Shown here one piece after another: positions 1-13,041 of a stretch of 64,000 nt of DNA. The stretch's first letter is position 1. Every line of letters starts with the position of its first letter. The stretch lies in NCBI RefSeq assembly GCF_013167455.1, contig NZ_CP038328.1, one strand, 5' to 3'. The position numbers were made by a program, and so were the translations under genes. The DNA is from Escherichia coli O157:H7. Lineage in GTDB: Bacteria > Pseudomonadota > Gammaproteobacteria > Enterobacterales > Enterobacteriaceae. The notes under the pieces were generated by a model. The model searched no databases and had not been told where the DNA came from. It saw nothing but the letters and a program-made list of their open reading frames with translations.

Positions 1-1536
1 AATCAGCGCCTTATCGAAACGGCGGATACCAGTCTGCTGGTGTTGCCGGAGTTTCTGGGATTATTGCTGCTGTTGATGGCAGTCACTCTCGGATCGCAAC
101 TGGCGCTCACCACTTTGGGGCATCACTTCGTTTACCGACTGCGTAGTGAATTTATCAAGCGGATTCTGGATACTCACGTCGAGCGCATTGAACAACTCGG
201 TAGCGCCTCGTTGCTGGCGGGATTAACCAGCGATGTGCGCAATATCACCATTGCTTTTGTGCGTCTGCCGGAACTGGTGCAGGGGATCATTCTCACTATC
301 GGTTCAGCGGCGTATCTGTGGATGCTGTCGGGCAAAATGTTGCTGGTAACGGCTATCTGGATGGCAGTCACCATCTGGGGCGGTTTTGTGCTGGTGGCGC
401 GGGTGTACAAACATATGGCGACCCTGCGTGAAACCGAAGACAAGCTGTACACGGATTTTCAAACTGTACTTGAAGGGCGCAAAGAGCTGACTCTGAACCG
501 GGAACGCGCCGAGTATGTGTTTAACAACCTCTACATTCCTGATGCGCAAGAGTATCGCCATCATATTATTCGCGCAGACACCTTCCATCTTAGTGCCGTG
601 AACTGGTCAAACATCATGATGCTGGGCGCTATCGGCCTGGTGTTCTGGATGGCGAACAGTCTCGGTTGGGCTGATACCAACGTTGCCGCGACCTATTCGT
701 TGACGCTTTTATTCCTGCGTACGCCGCTGCTTTCGGCGGTTGGCGCATTGCCGACGCTGCTGACGGCGCAGGTGGCGTTTAACAAGCTGAACAAATTCGC
801 GCTCGCGCCTTTCAAAGCAGAGTTTCCGCGCCCGCAGGCGTTTCCCAGCTGGCAAACGCTGGAGCTGCGTAACGTGACGTTTGCTTATCAGGATAACGCG
901 TTTTCCGTTGGTCCGATTAATCTCACCATCAAACGTGGCGAGCTGCTGTTTCTGATTGGCGGCAACGGTAGCGGAAAATCGACGCTGGCGATGTTGTTGA
1001 CGGGCTTGTATCAGCCACAAAGCGGCGAAATCTTGCTGGATGGCAAACCTGTCAGCGGCGAACAACCGGAAGATTATCGCAAACTGTTTTCGGCAGTGTT
1101 TACCGATGTCTGGCTGTTTGATCAACTGCTGGGGCCGGAGGGTAAACCCGCTAACCCGCAACTGGTTGAGAAGTGGCTGGCGCAGCTGAAAATGGCTCAT
1201 AAGCTTGAGTTAAGAAACGGGCGTATTGTTAACCTGAAGTTATCAAAAGGGCAGAAAAAACGCGTGGCGCTGTTGCTGGCGCTGGCAGAAGAACGCGATA
1301 TTATCCTGCTGGATGAATGGGCGGCGGATCAGGATCCACACTTCCGTCGTGAGTTTTATCAGGTGTTGCTGTCGCTGATGCAGGAGATGGGTAAAACTAT
1401 TTTCGCCATCAGTCATGATGATCATTACTTTATCCACGCCGACCGCCTGCTGGAAATGCGCAACGGGCAACTTAGCGAGCTGACGGGCGAAGAGCGCGAT
1501 GCCGCTTCGCGTGATGCCGTTGCCCGGACGGCATAA
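1..1536 (+). CDS. yojI: ABC transporter permease/ATPase YojI (microcin J25 efflux), 5'-truncated by window edge
   Basis: Frame-1 ORF running from window start; Walker [10 protein letters not shown] and ABC signature LSKGQKKR in translation; recalled YojI sequence continues upstream of position 1. Confidence 0.9.
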   Translation, partial: NQRLIETADTSLLVLPEFLGLLLLLMAVTLGSQLALTTLGHHFVYRLRSEFIKRILDTHVERIEQLGSASLLAGLTSDVRNITIAFVRLPELVQGIILTIGSAAYLWMLSGKMLLVTAIWMAVTIWGGFVLVARVYKHMATLRETEDKLYTDFQTVLEGRKELTLNRERAEYVFNNLYIPDAQEYRHHIIRADTFHLSAVNWSNIMMLGAIGLVFWMANSLGWADTNVAATYSLTLLFLRTPLLSAVGALPTLLTAQVAFNKLNKFALAPFKAEFPRPQAFPSWQTLELRNVTFAYQDNAFSVGPINLTIKRGELLFLIGGNGSGKSTLAMLLTGLYQPQSGEILLDGKPVSGEQPEDYRKLFSAVFTDVWLFDQLLGPEGKPANPQLVEKWLAQLKMAHKLELRNGRIVNLKLSKGQKKRVALLLALAEERDIILLDEWAADQDPHFRREFYQVLLSLMQEMGKTIFAISHDDHYFIHADRLLEMRNGQLSELTGEERDAASRDAVARTA

Positions 1537-1547
1537 TATTACGACGC

Positions 1548-1575
1548 TGACCTGGCGGACTGCTGCCGCCAGGTC
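1548..1575 (+). terminator. Hairpin after yojI (10-bp perfect stem GACCTGGCGG/CCGCCAGGTC); no clear U-tract
   Basis: Inverted repeat read directly from sequence. Confidence 0.4.
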
Positions 1576-1741
1576 AATATGCTAAAAATCCCTTCATTTC
1601 TAATAACCCTATAATTAATCAACGAAATTATAATGTTTCTAAAATTAGAATATAATTTATAAACATTATTTAAATGTTGTTACTTAAGTGTTACCGTTGA
1701 TGCCGCGCAAATCTCACCTGCAATAAAGCGACTAAAAGTAA

Positions 1742-3400
<1,659 letters not shown>

Positions 3401-3404
3401 TGAT

Positions 3405-3545
3405 GTGCCACATCCGGCATGGTATGCCGGATGTGGCGTATGCTGATAAGACGCGCCAGCGTCGCATCAGGCAACCGGCTCGGGCGTTAGATGTCGGATG
3501 CGGCGTGACCGCTTTATCCAACCTACGGGGTGCCGCACTTCACGG
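3405..3545. repeat. REP (repetitive extragenic palindrome) cluster between convergent mqo and eco
   Basis: Repeated GCCGGATGCGGCGT-like palindromic units (tgccggatgtggcgta, gtcggatgcggcgtg). Confidence 0.6.
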
Positions 3546-3549
3546 CAGT

Positions 3550-4038
3550 TTAGCGAACTACCGCGTTGTCAATTTTCTCTTCCGCCTTCCAGACGCGGTA
3601 CTTCACATCTACATTGTCTGGCGTATACACCACGATCGGCAGCTTGCTGTTGTAACGCAGCATTCCAGTATCGCCCAGATACGCGGTGACAAATTTCTTC
3701 TCTTTCTTGCCATCCGGGCAGGCCATCATCGTGGAAACCGGCGAGCTAACTTTATCAAAGACATAATAATCATAGCCCCAGCCTTCCAGCGTTTTGCTTT
3801 CCAGCTTCCCGCCGAGACGATGCAAATTGCAATCGACTTCCAGCGTCTGACCGATTAACAGTTCTACTTTCAGGGTAGATTCATCTTCTTGCGGGGTTAA
3901 CTGAATCACCTGACGCTTCATGCCTTTTTCAGCTTGTGGATAAGGCGCGATTTTTTCCAGTGGCTGGACGCTCTCTGCCGCCCAGGCGGAAGTGGTGGCG
4001 AAAGCGGCAAACAATACTGCAGGTAGAATGGTCTTCAT
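3550..4038 (-). CDS. eco: Ecotin, periplasmic serine protease inhibitor
   Basis: 162-aa ORF with signal peptide; sequence matches recalled ecotin. Confidence 0.9.
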   Translation of the reverse strand: MKTILPAVLFAAFATTSAWAAESVQPLEKIAPYPQAEKGMKRQVIQLTPQEDESTLKVELLIGQTLEVDCNLHRLGGKLESKTLEGWGYDYYVFDKVSSPVSTMMACPDGKKEKKFVTAYLGDTGMLRYNSKLPIVVYTPDNVDVKYRVWKAEEKIDNAVVR

Positions 4039-4220
4039 TTTTTGCTTTCCTTCTTCATTTATAGGTTTGCACCGATGATGTCGCTGAAGGTTAACATATT
4101 CATCAGATTTATTAATTTGCTTTATGAATAACTTAAAGAATATTCAGACAATTTTACCTGCTCTTTTAGTGTTAAATTCTGATGAGAGAGCAAACCAGCA
4201 GAAATATCTCTGGTGAATTA

Positions 4221-4331
4221 ATCGCTATATAAATATATTTATAACCATTTGAAATGTGAGCAAAAGCCCGTTTTTGCCACGCTTCCCGCCACTCTTTTGA
4301 TCCTGCTACAGGTTTTACCTCGATCGGGGTA
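4221..4331 (+). promoter_or_regulatory. napF control region: ModE-like site (4221-4246), FNR-like site TTGATcctgCTACA (4296-4309), NarP/NarL 7-2-7 site TACCTCG-AT-CGGGGTA (4316-4331)
   Basis: Motifs read from sequence; their spacing (about -135, -65, -44.5 relative to a predicted start near 4368) fits the recalled architecture of the napF promoter. Confidence 0.55.
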
Positions 4332-4444
4332 TGCATCTTTGACACATCCTTTAATATCTTAGCGGCTATAAAAATGGCTTATTAATTATGCGGTTTATTT
4401 GGTCGCTCTCAATTTTCAGAGCGCGTTAATGATGGAAGGTCAAT

Positions 4445-4939
4445 GTGAAGATTGATGCATCCCGTCGGGGCATACTCACTGGTCGCTGGCGCAAAGCCAG
4501 TAACGGTATCCGTCCGCCCTGGTCCGGTGATGAATCTCATTTTCTGACCCATTGCACCCGCTGCGACGCCTGTATTAATGCTTGTGAAAACAACATTCTG
4601 CAACGCGGCGCGGGCGGCTATCCGAGCGTTAATTTCAAAAATAACGAGTGCAGCTTCTGTTACGCCTGCGCGCAGGCTTGCCCCGAATCGCTATTTTCTC
4701 CGCGCCACACCAGGGCCTGGGATTTGCAGTTCACCATTGGGGACGCGTGCCTGGCGTATCAGTCAGTTGAATGCCGCCGCTGTCAGGATAGCTGTGAGCC
4801 AATGGCAATTATCTTTCGCCCGACGCTCTCCGGGATCTACCAGCCGCAACTTAATAGCCAACTTTGCAACGGATGTGGAGCATGTGCAGCCAGCTGTCCG
4901 GTATCAGCCATAACTGCGGAGTATCTCCATGCACACTAA
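4445..4939 (+). CDS. napF: Ferredoxin-type protein NapF (GTG start)
   Basis: 164-aa ORF with multiple CxxCxxCxxxCP iron-sulfur motifs; first gene of nap operon. Confidence 0.9.
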   Translation: MKIDASRRGILTGRWRKASNGIRPPWSGDESHFLTHCTRCDACINACENNILQRGAGGYPSVNFKNNECSFCYACAQACPESLFSPRHTRAWDLQFTIGDACLAYQSVECRRCQDSCEPMAIIFRPTLSGIYQPQLNSQLCNGCGACAASCPVSAITAEYLHAH

Positions 4940-5192
4940 CTGGCAAGTTTGCAGCCTGGTTGTGCAGGCCAAAAGCGAACGAATTTCAGACATCAGCACC
5001 CAACTGAACGCCTTTCCCGGCTGTGAAGTTGCTGTCAGCGACGCGCCGAGCGGTCAGTTGATTGTGGTGGTGGAAGCAGAAGACAGCGAAACGCTGATCC
5101 AAACCATTGAGTCAGTACGCAACGTAGAGGGCGTGCTGGCGGTGTCGCTGGTTTATCACCAGCAGGAAGAGCAAGGTGAGGAAACACCATGA
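4929..5192 (+). CDS. napD: NapA chaperone NapD
   Basis: 87-aa ORF overlapping napF end and napA start. Confidence 0.9.
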   Translation: MHTNWQVCSLVVQAKSERISDISTQLNAFPGCEVAVSDAPSGQLIVVVEAEDSETLIQTIESVRNVEGVLAVSLVYHQQEEQGEETP

Positions 5193-7675
5193 AACTCAGT
5201 CGTCGTAGCTTTATGAAAGCTAACGCCGTTGCGGCCGCTGCGGCGGCTGCCGGTCTCAGCGTGCCGGGCGTTGCCCGCGCCGTTGTTGGTCAGCAGGAAG
5301 CCATTAAATGGGATAAAGCGCCGTGCCGTTTCTGCGGTACTGGTTGCGGCGTTCTGGTCGGAACGCAGCAGGGGCGTGTGGTGGCCTGTCAGGGCGACCC
5401 GGACGCACCGGTTAACCGTGGCCTGAACTGCATTAAGGGCTATTTCCTGCCCAAGATCATGTACGGTAAAGACCGTTTGACGCAGCCGCTGCTGCGTATG
5501 AAAAACGGTAAATATGACAAAGAAGGCGAATTTACCCCAATCACCTGGGATCAGGCCTTCGATGTGATGGAAGAGAAATTCAAAACCGCCCTGAAAGAAA
5601 AAGGGCCGGAATCGATCGGTATGTTCGGTTCTGGTCAGTGGACTATCTGGGAAGGTTATGCCGCGTCCAAGCTGTTTAAAGCGGGCTTCCGTTCGAACAA
5701 CATCGACCCGAATGCGCGTCACTGTATGGCGTCGGCAGTAGTTGGCTTTATGCGAACCTTTGGTATGGATGAGCCGATGGGCTGCTATGACGACATCGAG
5801 CAGGCTGACGCGTTTGTGCTGTGGGGCGCAAACATGGCGGAGATGCACCCGATCCTCTGGTCACGCATCACTAACCGTCGTCTCTCTAACCAGGACGTCA
5901 CCGTGGCGGTGCTTTCAACCTACCAGCATCGTAGCTTCGAGCTGGCGGATAACGGCATCATCTTTACGCCGCAATCTGACCTGGTGATCCTGAACTACAT
6001 CGCCAACTATATCATTCAAAACAATGCGATAAATCAGGACTTCTTCAGCAAGCACGTTAACCTGCGCAAAGGGGCGACGGACATCGGCTACGGTTTACGT
6101 CCGACCCATCCGCTGGAAAAAGCAGCGAAGAATCCGGGTTCTGACGCCTCCGAACCGATGAGCTTTGAAGATTACAAAGCCTTCGTTGCTGAGTATACGC
6201 TGGAAAAAACCGCTGAAATGACTGGCGTACCAAAAGATCAGCTGGAACAACTGGCGCAGCTGTATGCCGATCCGAACAAGAAAGTCATCTCCTACTGGAC
6301 GATGGGCTTCAACCAGCATACTCGTGGCGTGTGGGCCAACAACCTGGTCTACAACCTGCACCTGCTGACCGGCAAAATTTCCCAGCCGGGTTGCGGTCCG
6401 TTCTCCCTGACCGGGCAGCCTTCCGCGTGTGGTACTGCGCGTGAAGTGGGCACCTTTGCTCACCGTCTGCCTGCGGACATGGTGGTAACTAACGAGAAAC
6501 ATCGTGATATCTGCGAGAAGAAGTGGAATATCCCGAGCGGCACCATTCCGGCGAAAATCGGTCTGCATGCGGTAGCACAAGACCGTGCGCTGAAAGACGG
6601 CAAGCTGAATGTTTACTGGACCATGTGTACCAACAACATGCAGGCCGGGCCGAACATTAATGAAGAGCGTATGCCGGGCTGGCGCGATCCGCGCAACTTC
6701 ATCATCGTCTCCGATCCGTATCCGACAGTCAGTGCGCTGGCCGCCGACTTGATCCTGCCGACCGCAATGTGGGTAGAAAAAGAGGGGGCTTACGGTAACG
6801 CCGAACGCCGTACTCAGTTCTGGCGTCAGCAGGTACAGGCGCCAGGCGAAGCGAAATCGGACCTCTGGCAGTTAGTCCAGTTCTCCCGCCGCTTCAAAAC
6901 TGAAGAAGTATGGCCGGAAGAGCTGCTGGCGAAGAAACCGGAACTGCGTGGCAAAACGCTGTACGAAGTTCTGTATGCCACCCCCGAAGTGAGCAAATTC
7001 CCGGTATCCGAACTGGCGGAAGATCAGCTGAACGATGAATCCCGCGAGCTGGGCTTCTATCTGCAAAAAGGGCTGTTCGAAGAGTACGCATGGTTTGGTC
7101 GCGGTCACGGTCACGATCTCGCGCCGTTCGATGACTACCACAAAGCGCGCGGTCTGCGCTGGCCGGTGGTGAACGGTAAAGAAACGCAGTGGCGTTACAG
7201 CGAAGGTAACGACCCGTACGTGAAAGCGGGCGAAGGCTATAAGTTCTACGGTAAACCGGATGGTAAAGCGGTGATCTTCGCGCTGCCGTTCGAACCGGCG
7301 GCGGAAGCACCGGATGAAGAGTACGACCTGTGGCTCTCTACCGGACGCGTCCTGGAGCACTGGCACACCGGCAGTATGACTCGCCGTGTGCCGGAACTGC
7401 ACCGTGCCTTCCCGGAAGCGGTCCTGTTTATTCACCCGCTGGATGCGAAAGCGCGCGATCTGCGCCGTGGCGACAAAGTGAAAGTGGTTTCTCGCCGTGG
7501 CGAAGTGATCTCGATTGTCGAAACGCGCGGTCGTAACCGTCCGCCGCAGGGCCTGGTGTACATGCCGTTCTTCGACGCCGCACAGCTGGTTAACAAACTA
7601 ACGCTGGACGCGACCGATCCGCTCTCGAAAGAGACGGACTTCAAGAAGTGCGCGGTCAAACTGGAGAAGGTGTAA
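5189..7675 (+). CDS. napA: Periplasmic nitrate reductase catalytic subunit NapA
   Basis: 828-aa ORF; Tat signal SRRSFMK; molybdopterin oxidoreductase with N-terminal Cys cluster. Confidence 0.95.
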   Translation: MKLSRRSFMKANAVAAAAAAAGLSVPGVARAVVGQQEAIKWDKAPCRFCGTGCGVLVGTQQGRVVACQGDPDAPVNRGLNCIKGYFLPKIMYGKDRLTQPLLRMKNGKYDKEGEFTPITWDQAFDVMEEKFKTALKEKGPESIGMFGSGQWTIWEGYAASKLFKAGFRSNNIDPNARHCMASAVVGFMRTFGMDEPMGCYDDIEQADAFVLWGANMAEMHPILWSRITNRRLSNQDVTVAVLSTYQHRSFELADNGIIFTPQSDLVILNYIANYIIQNNAINQDFFSKHVNLRKGATDIGYGLRPTHPLEKAAKNPGSDASEPMSFEDYKAFVAEYTLEKTAEMTGVPKDQLEQLAQLYADPNKKVISYWTMGFNQHTRGVWANNLVYNLHLLTGKISQPGCGPFSLTGQPSACGTAREVGTFAHRLPADMVVTNEKHRDICEKKWNIPSGTIPAKIGLHAVAQDRALKDGKLNVYWTMCTNNMQAGPNINEERMPGWRDPRNFIIVSDPYPTVSALAADLILPTAMWVEKEGAYGNAERRTQFWRQQVQAPGEAKSDLWQLVQFSRRFKTEEVWPEELLAKKPELRGKTLYEVLYATPEVSKFPVSELAEDQLNDESRELGFYLQKGLFEEYAWFGRGHGHDLAPFDDYHKARGLRWPVVNGKETQWRYSEGNDPYVKAGEGYKFYGKPDGKAVIFALPFEPAAEAPDEEYDLWLSTGRVLEHWHTGSMTRRVPELHRAFPEAVLFIHPLDAKARDLRRGDKVKVVSRRGEVISIVETRGRNRPPQGLVYMPFFDAAQLVNKLTLDATDPLSKETDFKKCAVKLEKV

Positions 7676-7681
7676 GCCATT

Positions 7682-8377
7682 ATGTCCCGGTCAGCGAAAC
7701 CTCAAAATGGTCGCCGCCGCTTTCTGCGCGATGTCGTTCGCACAGCAGGCGGGCTGGCTGCCGTGGGTGTGGCGCTGGGGTTACAACAGCAAACCGCACG
7801 CGCATCTGGCGTGCGGTTGCGCCCGCCCGGAGCCATAAACGAGAACGCCTTTGCCAGTGCCTGTGTGCGTTGCGGTCAGTGTGTTCAGGCTTGCCCTTAC
7901 GACACCTTAAAACTGGCGACGCTGGCCTCTGGCCTGTCGGCGGGCACGCCATATTTTGTCGCACGGGATATTCCTTGCGAAATGTGTGAGGACATTCCGT
8001 GCGCCAAAGTGTGCCCGAGCGGTGCGCTGGATCGTGAGATTGAATCGATCGACGACGCGCGGATGGGGCTGGTGGTACTGGTGGACCAGGAAAACTGTCT
8101 CAACTTTCAGGGGCTGCGCTGCGATGTTTGTTATCGCGAATGCCCGAAAATTGATGAGGCCATCACCCTGGAGCTGGAGCGCAACACGCGTACCGGTAAG
8201 CACGCCCGCTTTCTGCCGACGGTTCACAGCGACGCCTGTACCGGTTGCGGTAAGTGCGAAAAAGTATGCGTGCTGGAACAACCGGCAATCAAGGTGTTAC
8301 CGCTGTCACTGGCGAAAGGGGAGTTAGGTCACCATTACCGCTTCGGCTGGCTGGAGGGGAACAATGGCAAATCGTAA
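7682..8377 (+). CDS. napG: Ferredoxin-type protein NapG
   Basis: 231-aa ORF; Tat-like leader; 4Fe-4S CxxCxxCxxxCP motifs. Confidence 0.9.
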   Translation: MSRSAKPQNGRRRFLRDVVRTAGGLAAVGVALGLQQQTARASGVRLRPPGAINENAFASACVRCGQCVQACPYDTLKLATLASGLSAGTPYFVARDIPCEMCEDIPCAKVCPSGALDREIESIDDARMGLVVLVDQENCLNFQGLRCDVCYRECPKIDEAITLELERNTRTGKHARFLPTVHSDACTGCGKCEKVCVLEQPAIKVLPLSLAKGELGHHYRFGWLEGNNGKS

Positions 8378-9227
8378 ACGTGACGCCGGGCGCGAGGCGC
8401 TGGAGAAAAAAGGCTGGTGGCGCAGTCACCGTTGGCTGGTGTTACGTCGCCTTTGTCAGTTCTTCGTGCTGGGGATGTTTTTGAGCGGTCCGTGGTTTGG
8501 TGTGTGGATCTTGCACGGCAACTATAGCAGTAGCCTGTTATTCGACACCGTTCCGCTGACCGATCCGCTGATGACGCTGCAAAGTCTTGCCAGTGGTCAT
8601 CTGCCTGCCACGGTGGCGTTGACCGGTGCGGTGATTATCACCGTGCTCTACGCCCTGGCAGGAAAGCGATTATTTTGCAGCTGGGTCTGCCCGCTGAACC
8701 CGATTACCGACTTAGCGAACTGGTTACGCAGGCGCTTTGACCTCAATCAGTCTGCGACGATCCCTCGCCACATTCGCTACGTGCTGTTGGTGGTCATTCT
8801 GGTGGGATCAGCCTTAACTGGCACGCTCATCTGGGAATGGATCAACCCCGTTTCCCTGATGGGGCGTAGCCTGGTAATGGGCTTCGGCAGCGGCGCGCTG
8901 CTTATTCTCGCGCTGTTTTTATTTGATCTACTGGTCGTTGAACACGGCTGGTGCGGGCACATTTGTCCGGTTGGCGCGCTGTATGGCGTGCTGGGTAGCA
9001 AAGGTGTGATTACCGTTGTGGCCAGCGATCGGCAGAAATGTAACCGCTGTATGGATTGTTTTCATGTTTGCCCGGAACCGCATGTGCTACGTGCCCCGGT
9101 GCTGGATGAACAAAGCCCGGTGCAGGTCACCAGCCGCGATTGCATGACGTGCGGTCGCTGCGTGGATGTCTGTTCTGAGGATGTATTTACAATAACTACA
9201 CGATGGAGTTCGGGAGCGAAATCATGA
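8364..9227 (+). CDS. napH: Membrane-bound ferredoxin-type protein NapH
   Basis: 287-aa ORF; TM segments plus C-terminal Fe-S motifs. Confidence 0.9.
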   Translation: MANRKRDAGREALEKKGWWRSHRWLVLRRLCQFFVLGMFLSGPWFGVWILHGNYSSSLLFDTVPLTDPLMTLQSLASGHLPATVALTGAVIITVLYALAGKRLFCSWVCPLNPITDLANWLRRRFDLNQSATIPRHIRYVLLVVILVGSALTGTLIWEWINPVSLMGRSLVMGFGSGALLILALFLFDLLVVEHGWCGHICPVGALYGVLGSKGVITVVASDRQKCNRCMDCFHVCPEPHVLRAPVLDEQSPVQVTSRDCMTCGRCVDVCSEDVFTITTRWSSGAKS

Positions 9228-9673
9228 AAAGCCATGACCTGAAGAAAGCGCTGTGTCAATGGACGGCGATGCTGGCCCTGGTGGTAAGCGGCGCGGTTTG
9301 GGCGGCTAATGGCGTCGATTTTAGCCAGTCGCCGGAAGTATCCGGGACGCAGGAAGGGGCCATTCGGATGCCAAAAGAGCAGGATCGGATGCCGCTGAAC
9401 TATGTGAATCAGCCGCCAATGATCCCGCATAGCGTTGAAGGTTATCAGGTAACGACCAATACCAACCGCTGCTTGCAGTGCCACGGTGTCGAAAGCTATC
9501 GCACCACTGGCGCGCCGCGTATCAGTCCTACTCACTTTATGGACAGCGACGGCAAAGTGGGCGCGGAAGTGGCTCCGCGTCGTTATTTCTGTCTGCAATG
9601 TCACGTACCGCAGGCCGATACCGCGCCAATCGTGGGGAATACCTTTACCCCATCAAAAGGTTACGGGAAATAA
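9224..9673 (+). CDS. napB: Dihaem cytochrome c NapB
   Basis: Starts MKSHDLKK (internal Met of the track ORF); two CxxCH haem motifs. Confidence 0.85.
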   Translation: MKSHDLKKALCQWTAMLALVVSGAVWAANGVDFSQSPEVSGTQEGAIRMPKEQDRMPLNYVNQPPMIPHSVEGYQVTTNTNRCLQCHGVESYRTTGAPRISPTHFMDSDGKVGAEVAPRRYFCLQCHVPQADTAPIVGNTFTPSKGYGK

Positions 9674-9682
9674 GAGGTTATT

Positions 9683-10285
9683 ATGGGAAATTCTGACCGT
9701 AAGCCTGGTCTGATTAAGCGCCTGTGGAAATGGTGGCGTACCCCCAGCCGTCTGGCGCTGGGGACGCTGCTGTTGATCGGTTTTGTCGGCGGCATCGTCT
9801 TCTGGGGCGGCTTTAACACTGGGATGGAAAAAGCCAATACCGAAGAGTTCTGCATTAGCTGCCACGAAATGCGTAACACGGTGTATCAGGAATACATGGA
9901 TTCCGTGCACTACAACAACCGTAGCGGCGTCCGTGCGACCTGTCCGGATTGTCACGTTCCGCACGAGTTTGTGCCGAAGATGATACGCAAGCTCAAAGCA
10001 AGTAAAGAGCTGTATGGTAAAATTTTTGGCGTTATTGACACGCCGCAGAAATTTGAAGCTCATCGTCTGACGATGGCACAGAATGAGTGGCGGCGCATGA
10101 AGGACAATAACTCGCAGGAGTGCCGTAACTGTCACAACTTCGAGTATATGGATACAACCGCCCAGAAATCGGTTGCCGCGAAGATGCATGACCAGGCGGT
10201 GAAAGATGGGCAAACCTGTATTGATTGCCATAAAGGGATAGCGCACAAGCTGCCCGATATGCGTGAAGTCGAGCCAGGTTTTTAA
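9683..10285 (+). CDS. napC: Tetrahaem cytochrome c NapC (NapC/NirT family)
   Basis: 200-aa ORF; four CxxCH motifs; N-terminal membrane anchor. Confidence 0.9.
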   Translation: MGNSDRKPGLIKRLWKWWRTPSRLALGTLLLIGFVGGIVFWGGFNTGMEKANTEEFCISCHEMRNTVYQEYMDSVHYNNRSGVRATCPDCHVPHEFVPKMIRKLKASKELYGKIFGVIDTPQKFEAHRLTMAQNEWRRMKDNNSQECRNCHNFEYMDTTAQKSVAAKMHDQAVKDGQTCIDCHKGIAHKLPDMREVEPGF

Positions 10286-10297
10286 CAGGGTTATTGC

Positions 10298-10921
10298 GTG
10301 GGTATGCTTGAAGTCAGAGAGTTACTTTGTGAGCGGGATGAACGAACCTTATTTAGTGGCTTGTCATTTACGCTGAACGCAGGAGAGTGGGTACAAATCA
10401 CCGGTAGCAACGGCGCGGGGAAGACAACGCTTCTCCGTTTGCTGACGGGGTTGTCTCGCCCTGACGCAGGCGAGGTTCTCTGGCAAGGGCAGCCCTTGCA
10501 TCAGGTACGCGACAGCTACCATCAAAACCTGTTATGGATAGGCCATCAGCCGGGGATCAAAACCCGGCTGACGGCGTTAGAAAATCTGCACTTTTATCAT
10601 CGCGATGGCGATACCGCACAATGTCTGGAAGCCCTGGCGCAGGCCGGGCTTGCCGGATTCGAAGATATTCCGGTAAATCAACTTTCTGCCGGGCAACAAC
10701 GCCGCGTCGCTTTAGCGCGTCTGTGGCTGACCCGTGCCACGTTATGGATCCTCGACGAGCCTTTTACCGCGATTGACGTTAACGGCGTCGATCGTCTGAC
10801 CCAGCGTATGGCGCAGCATACAGAGCAGGGGGGGATTGTGATTCTCACTACCCACCAGCCGCTCAACGTTGCTGAAAGTAAAATTCGCCGCATTTCACTG
10901 ACGCAAACGAGGGCCGTATGA
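10298..10921 (+). CDS. ccmA: Haem exporter ATPase CcmA
   Basis: 207-aa ABC ATPase; Walker [10 protein letters not shown]. Confidence 0.9.
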   Translation: MGMLEVRELLCERDERTLFSGLSFTLNAGEWVQITGSNGAGKTTLLRLLTGLSRPDAGEVLWQGQPLHQVRDSYHQNLLWIGHQPGIKTRLTALENLHFYHRDGDTAQCLEALAQAGLAGFEDIPVNQLSAGQQRRVALARLWLTRATLWILDEPFTAIDVNGVDRLTQRMAQHTEQGGIVILTTHQPLNVAESKIRRISLTQTRAV

Positions 10922-11580
10922 TGTTCTGGCGCATTTTCCGTCTTGAGCTGCGCGTAGCGTTTCGCCATAGCGCTGAAATCGCCAACCCGCTGTGGTTCTT
11001 CCTGATTGTAATTACCCTTTTTCCGCTCAGTATCGGTCCGGAGCCGCAACTGCTGGCACGTATTGCACCGGGCATTATCTGGGTTGCCGCGCTGCTTTCA
11101 TCCTTGCTGGCGCTGGAACGACTGTTCCGTGACGATTTGCAGGACGGCAGTCTTGAACAATTGATGTTGTTGCCGTTACCCTTGCCCGCCGTTGTGCTGG
11201 CGAAGGTGATGGCGCACTGGATGGTAACCGGTCTGCCGTTACTCATCCTTTCGCCACTGGTAGCAATGCTACTGGGAATGGATGTTTATGGCTGGCAAGT
11301 GATGGCGTTAACGCTACTGCTGGGAACGCCTACGCTTGGCTTTCTCGGTGCACCGGGCGTGGCGCTGACAGTGGGACTTAAGCGCGGTGGTGTGCTGCTC
11401 AGCATACTGGTGTTACCGCTGACTATCCCATTACTCATCTTTGCCACCGCCGCGATGGACGCGGCTTCTATGCATTTGCCCGTTGACGGGTATCTGGCAA
11501 TTTTAGGCGCGTTGCTGGCAGGCACCGCGACATTAAGTCCTTTTGCGACGGCGGCAGCGTTACGAATCAGCATTCAATAA
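10918..11580 (+). CDS. ccmB: Haem exporter permease CcmB
   Basis: 220-aa polytopic membrane protein; overlaps ccmA stop. Confidence 0.9.
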
Positions 11581-11621
11581 CGCTGGATTACTGATTTTTG
11601 TTCGAGTCTGGTATCGAAACT

Positions 11622-12359
11622 ATGTGGAAAACACTGCATCAACTGGCGATCCCACCACGGCTGTATCAAATCTGTGGCTGGTTTATACCGTGGCTGGCAA
11701 TTGCCAGTGTAGTCGTGCTTACCGTCGGCTGGATCTGGGGATTCGGCTTTGCTCCGGCTGATTATCAGCAGGGAAATAGCTACCGCATTATCTACCTGCA
11801 TGTGCCTGCGGCGATCTGGTCGATGGGCATTTATGCATCAATGGCGGTGGCGGCGTTTATTGGCCTTGTCTGGCAGATGAAAATGGCCAACCTGGCGGTG
11901 GCGGCGATGGCCCCCATTGGTGCCGTGTTTACCTTTATTGCCCTGGTTACCGGCTCTGCATGGGGAAAACCGATGTGGGGCACCTGGTGGGTATGGGATG
12001 CACGTCTGACTTCTGAACTGGTGCTGCTGTTTTTGTATGTGGGTGTGATTGCCCTGTGGCACGCCTTCGACGACCGCCGTCTGGCGGGCCGTGCGGCAGG
12101 TATCCTGGTGCTGATTGGCGTGGTGAATCTGCCGATTATTCATTACTCCGTGGAGTGGTGGAACACCCTGCATCAGGGATCAACGCGGATGCAGCAAAGT
12201 ATCGATCCGGCGATGCGTTCGCCGCTGCGCTGGTCGATTTTTGGCTTCCTGCTCCTCTCTGCCACGCTGACGCTGATGCGGATGCGTAATTTGATTTTGC
12301 TGATGGAAAAACGCCGTCCGTGGGTGAGTGAACTGATACTGAAAAGAGGCCGTAAATGA
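11622..12359 (+). CDS. ccmC: Haem lyase / haem exporter subunit CcmC
   Basis: Starts MWKTLHQLAIPP (internal Met of track ORF); WGxxWxWD tryptophan-rich motif. Confidence 0.85.
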   Translation: MWKTLHQLAIPPRLYQICGWFIPWLAIASVVVLTVGWIWGFGFAPADYQQGNSYRIIYLHVPAAIWSMGIYASMAVAAFIGLVWQMKMANLAVAAMAPIGAVFTFIALVTGSAWGKPMWGTWWVWDARLTSELVLLFLYVGVIALWHAFDDRRLAGRAAGILVLIGVVNLPIIHYSVEWWNTLHQGSTRMQQSIDPAMRSPLRWSIFGFLLLSATLTLMRMRNLILLMEKRRPWVSELILKRGRK

Positions 12360-12565
12360 CCCCTGCATTTGCTTCCTGGAATGAATTTTTCGCAATGGGC
12401 GGTTACGCCTTTTTTGTCTGGCTGGCGGTGGTGATGACCGTTATTCCGCTGGTGGTTTTGGTCGTGCACTCGGTGATGCAGCATCGCGCAATTCTGCGTG
12501 GTGTGGCGCAACAGCGGGCGCGTGAGGCGCGTTTACGTGCTGCGCAACAGCAGGAGGCTGCATGA
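12356..12565 (+). CDS. ccmD: CcmD
   Basis: 69-aa small membrane protein in ccm operon position. Confidence 0.85.
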
Positions 12566-13041
12566 ATATTCGCCGTAAAAACCGCTTGTGGATTGCCTGT
12601 GCCGTGTTGGCAGGGCTGGCGCTGACTATCGGTCTGGTGCTATATGCGCTGCGCTCGAATATCGATCTCTTTTATACGCCGGGGGAAATTCTCTACGGCA
12701 AGCGTGAAACTCAGCAGATGCCGGAAGTCGGTCAGCGTCTGCGCGTTGGCGGGATGGTGATGCCGGGTAGTGTGCAGCGCGATCCCAATTCGCTGAAAGT
12801 GACCTTCACCATTTACGACGCTGAAGGCTCAGTGGATGTCTCTTATGAAGGCATTTTGCCGGATCTGTTCCGTGAAGGGCAGGGCGTTGTGGTGCAGGGC
12901 GAGCTGGAAAAAGGCAATCATATCCTCGCAAAAGAAGTGCTGGCGAAACATGATGAAAACTACACGCCGCCAGAAGTTGAGAAAGCGATGGAAGCTAACC
13001 ACCGTCGCCCGGCGAGTGTTTATAAGGACCCAGCATCATGA
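12562..13041 (+). CDS. ccmE: Haem chaperone CcmE
   Basis: 159-aa ORF; operon position. Confidence 0.9.

Noticed and set aside
709-1200. 163-aa minus-strand ORF inside yojI
   Set aside because: Antisense shadow ORF within a well-supported ABC transporter gene; no RBS.
6872-7435. 187-aa and 138-aa minus-strand ORFs inside napA
   Set aside because: Antisense to a conserved molybdoenzyme gene; Arg/Pro-rich low-complexity translation typical of GC-rich shadow frames.
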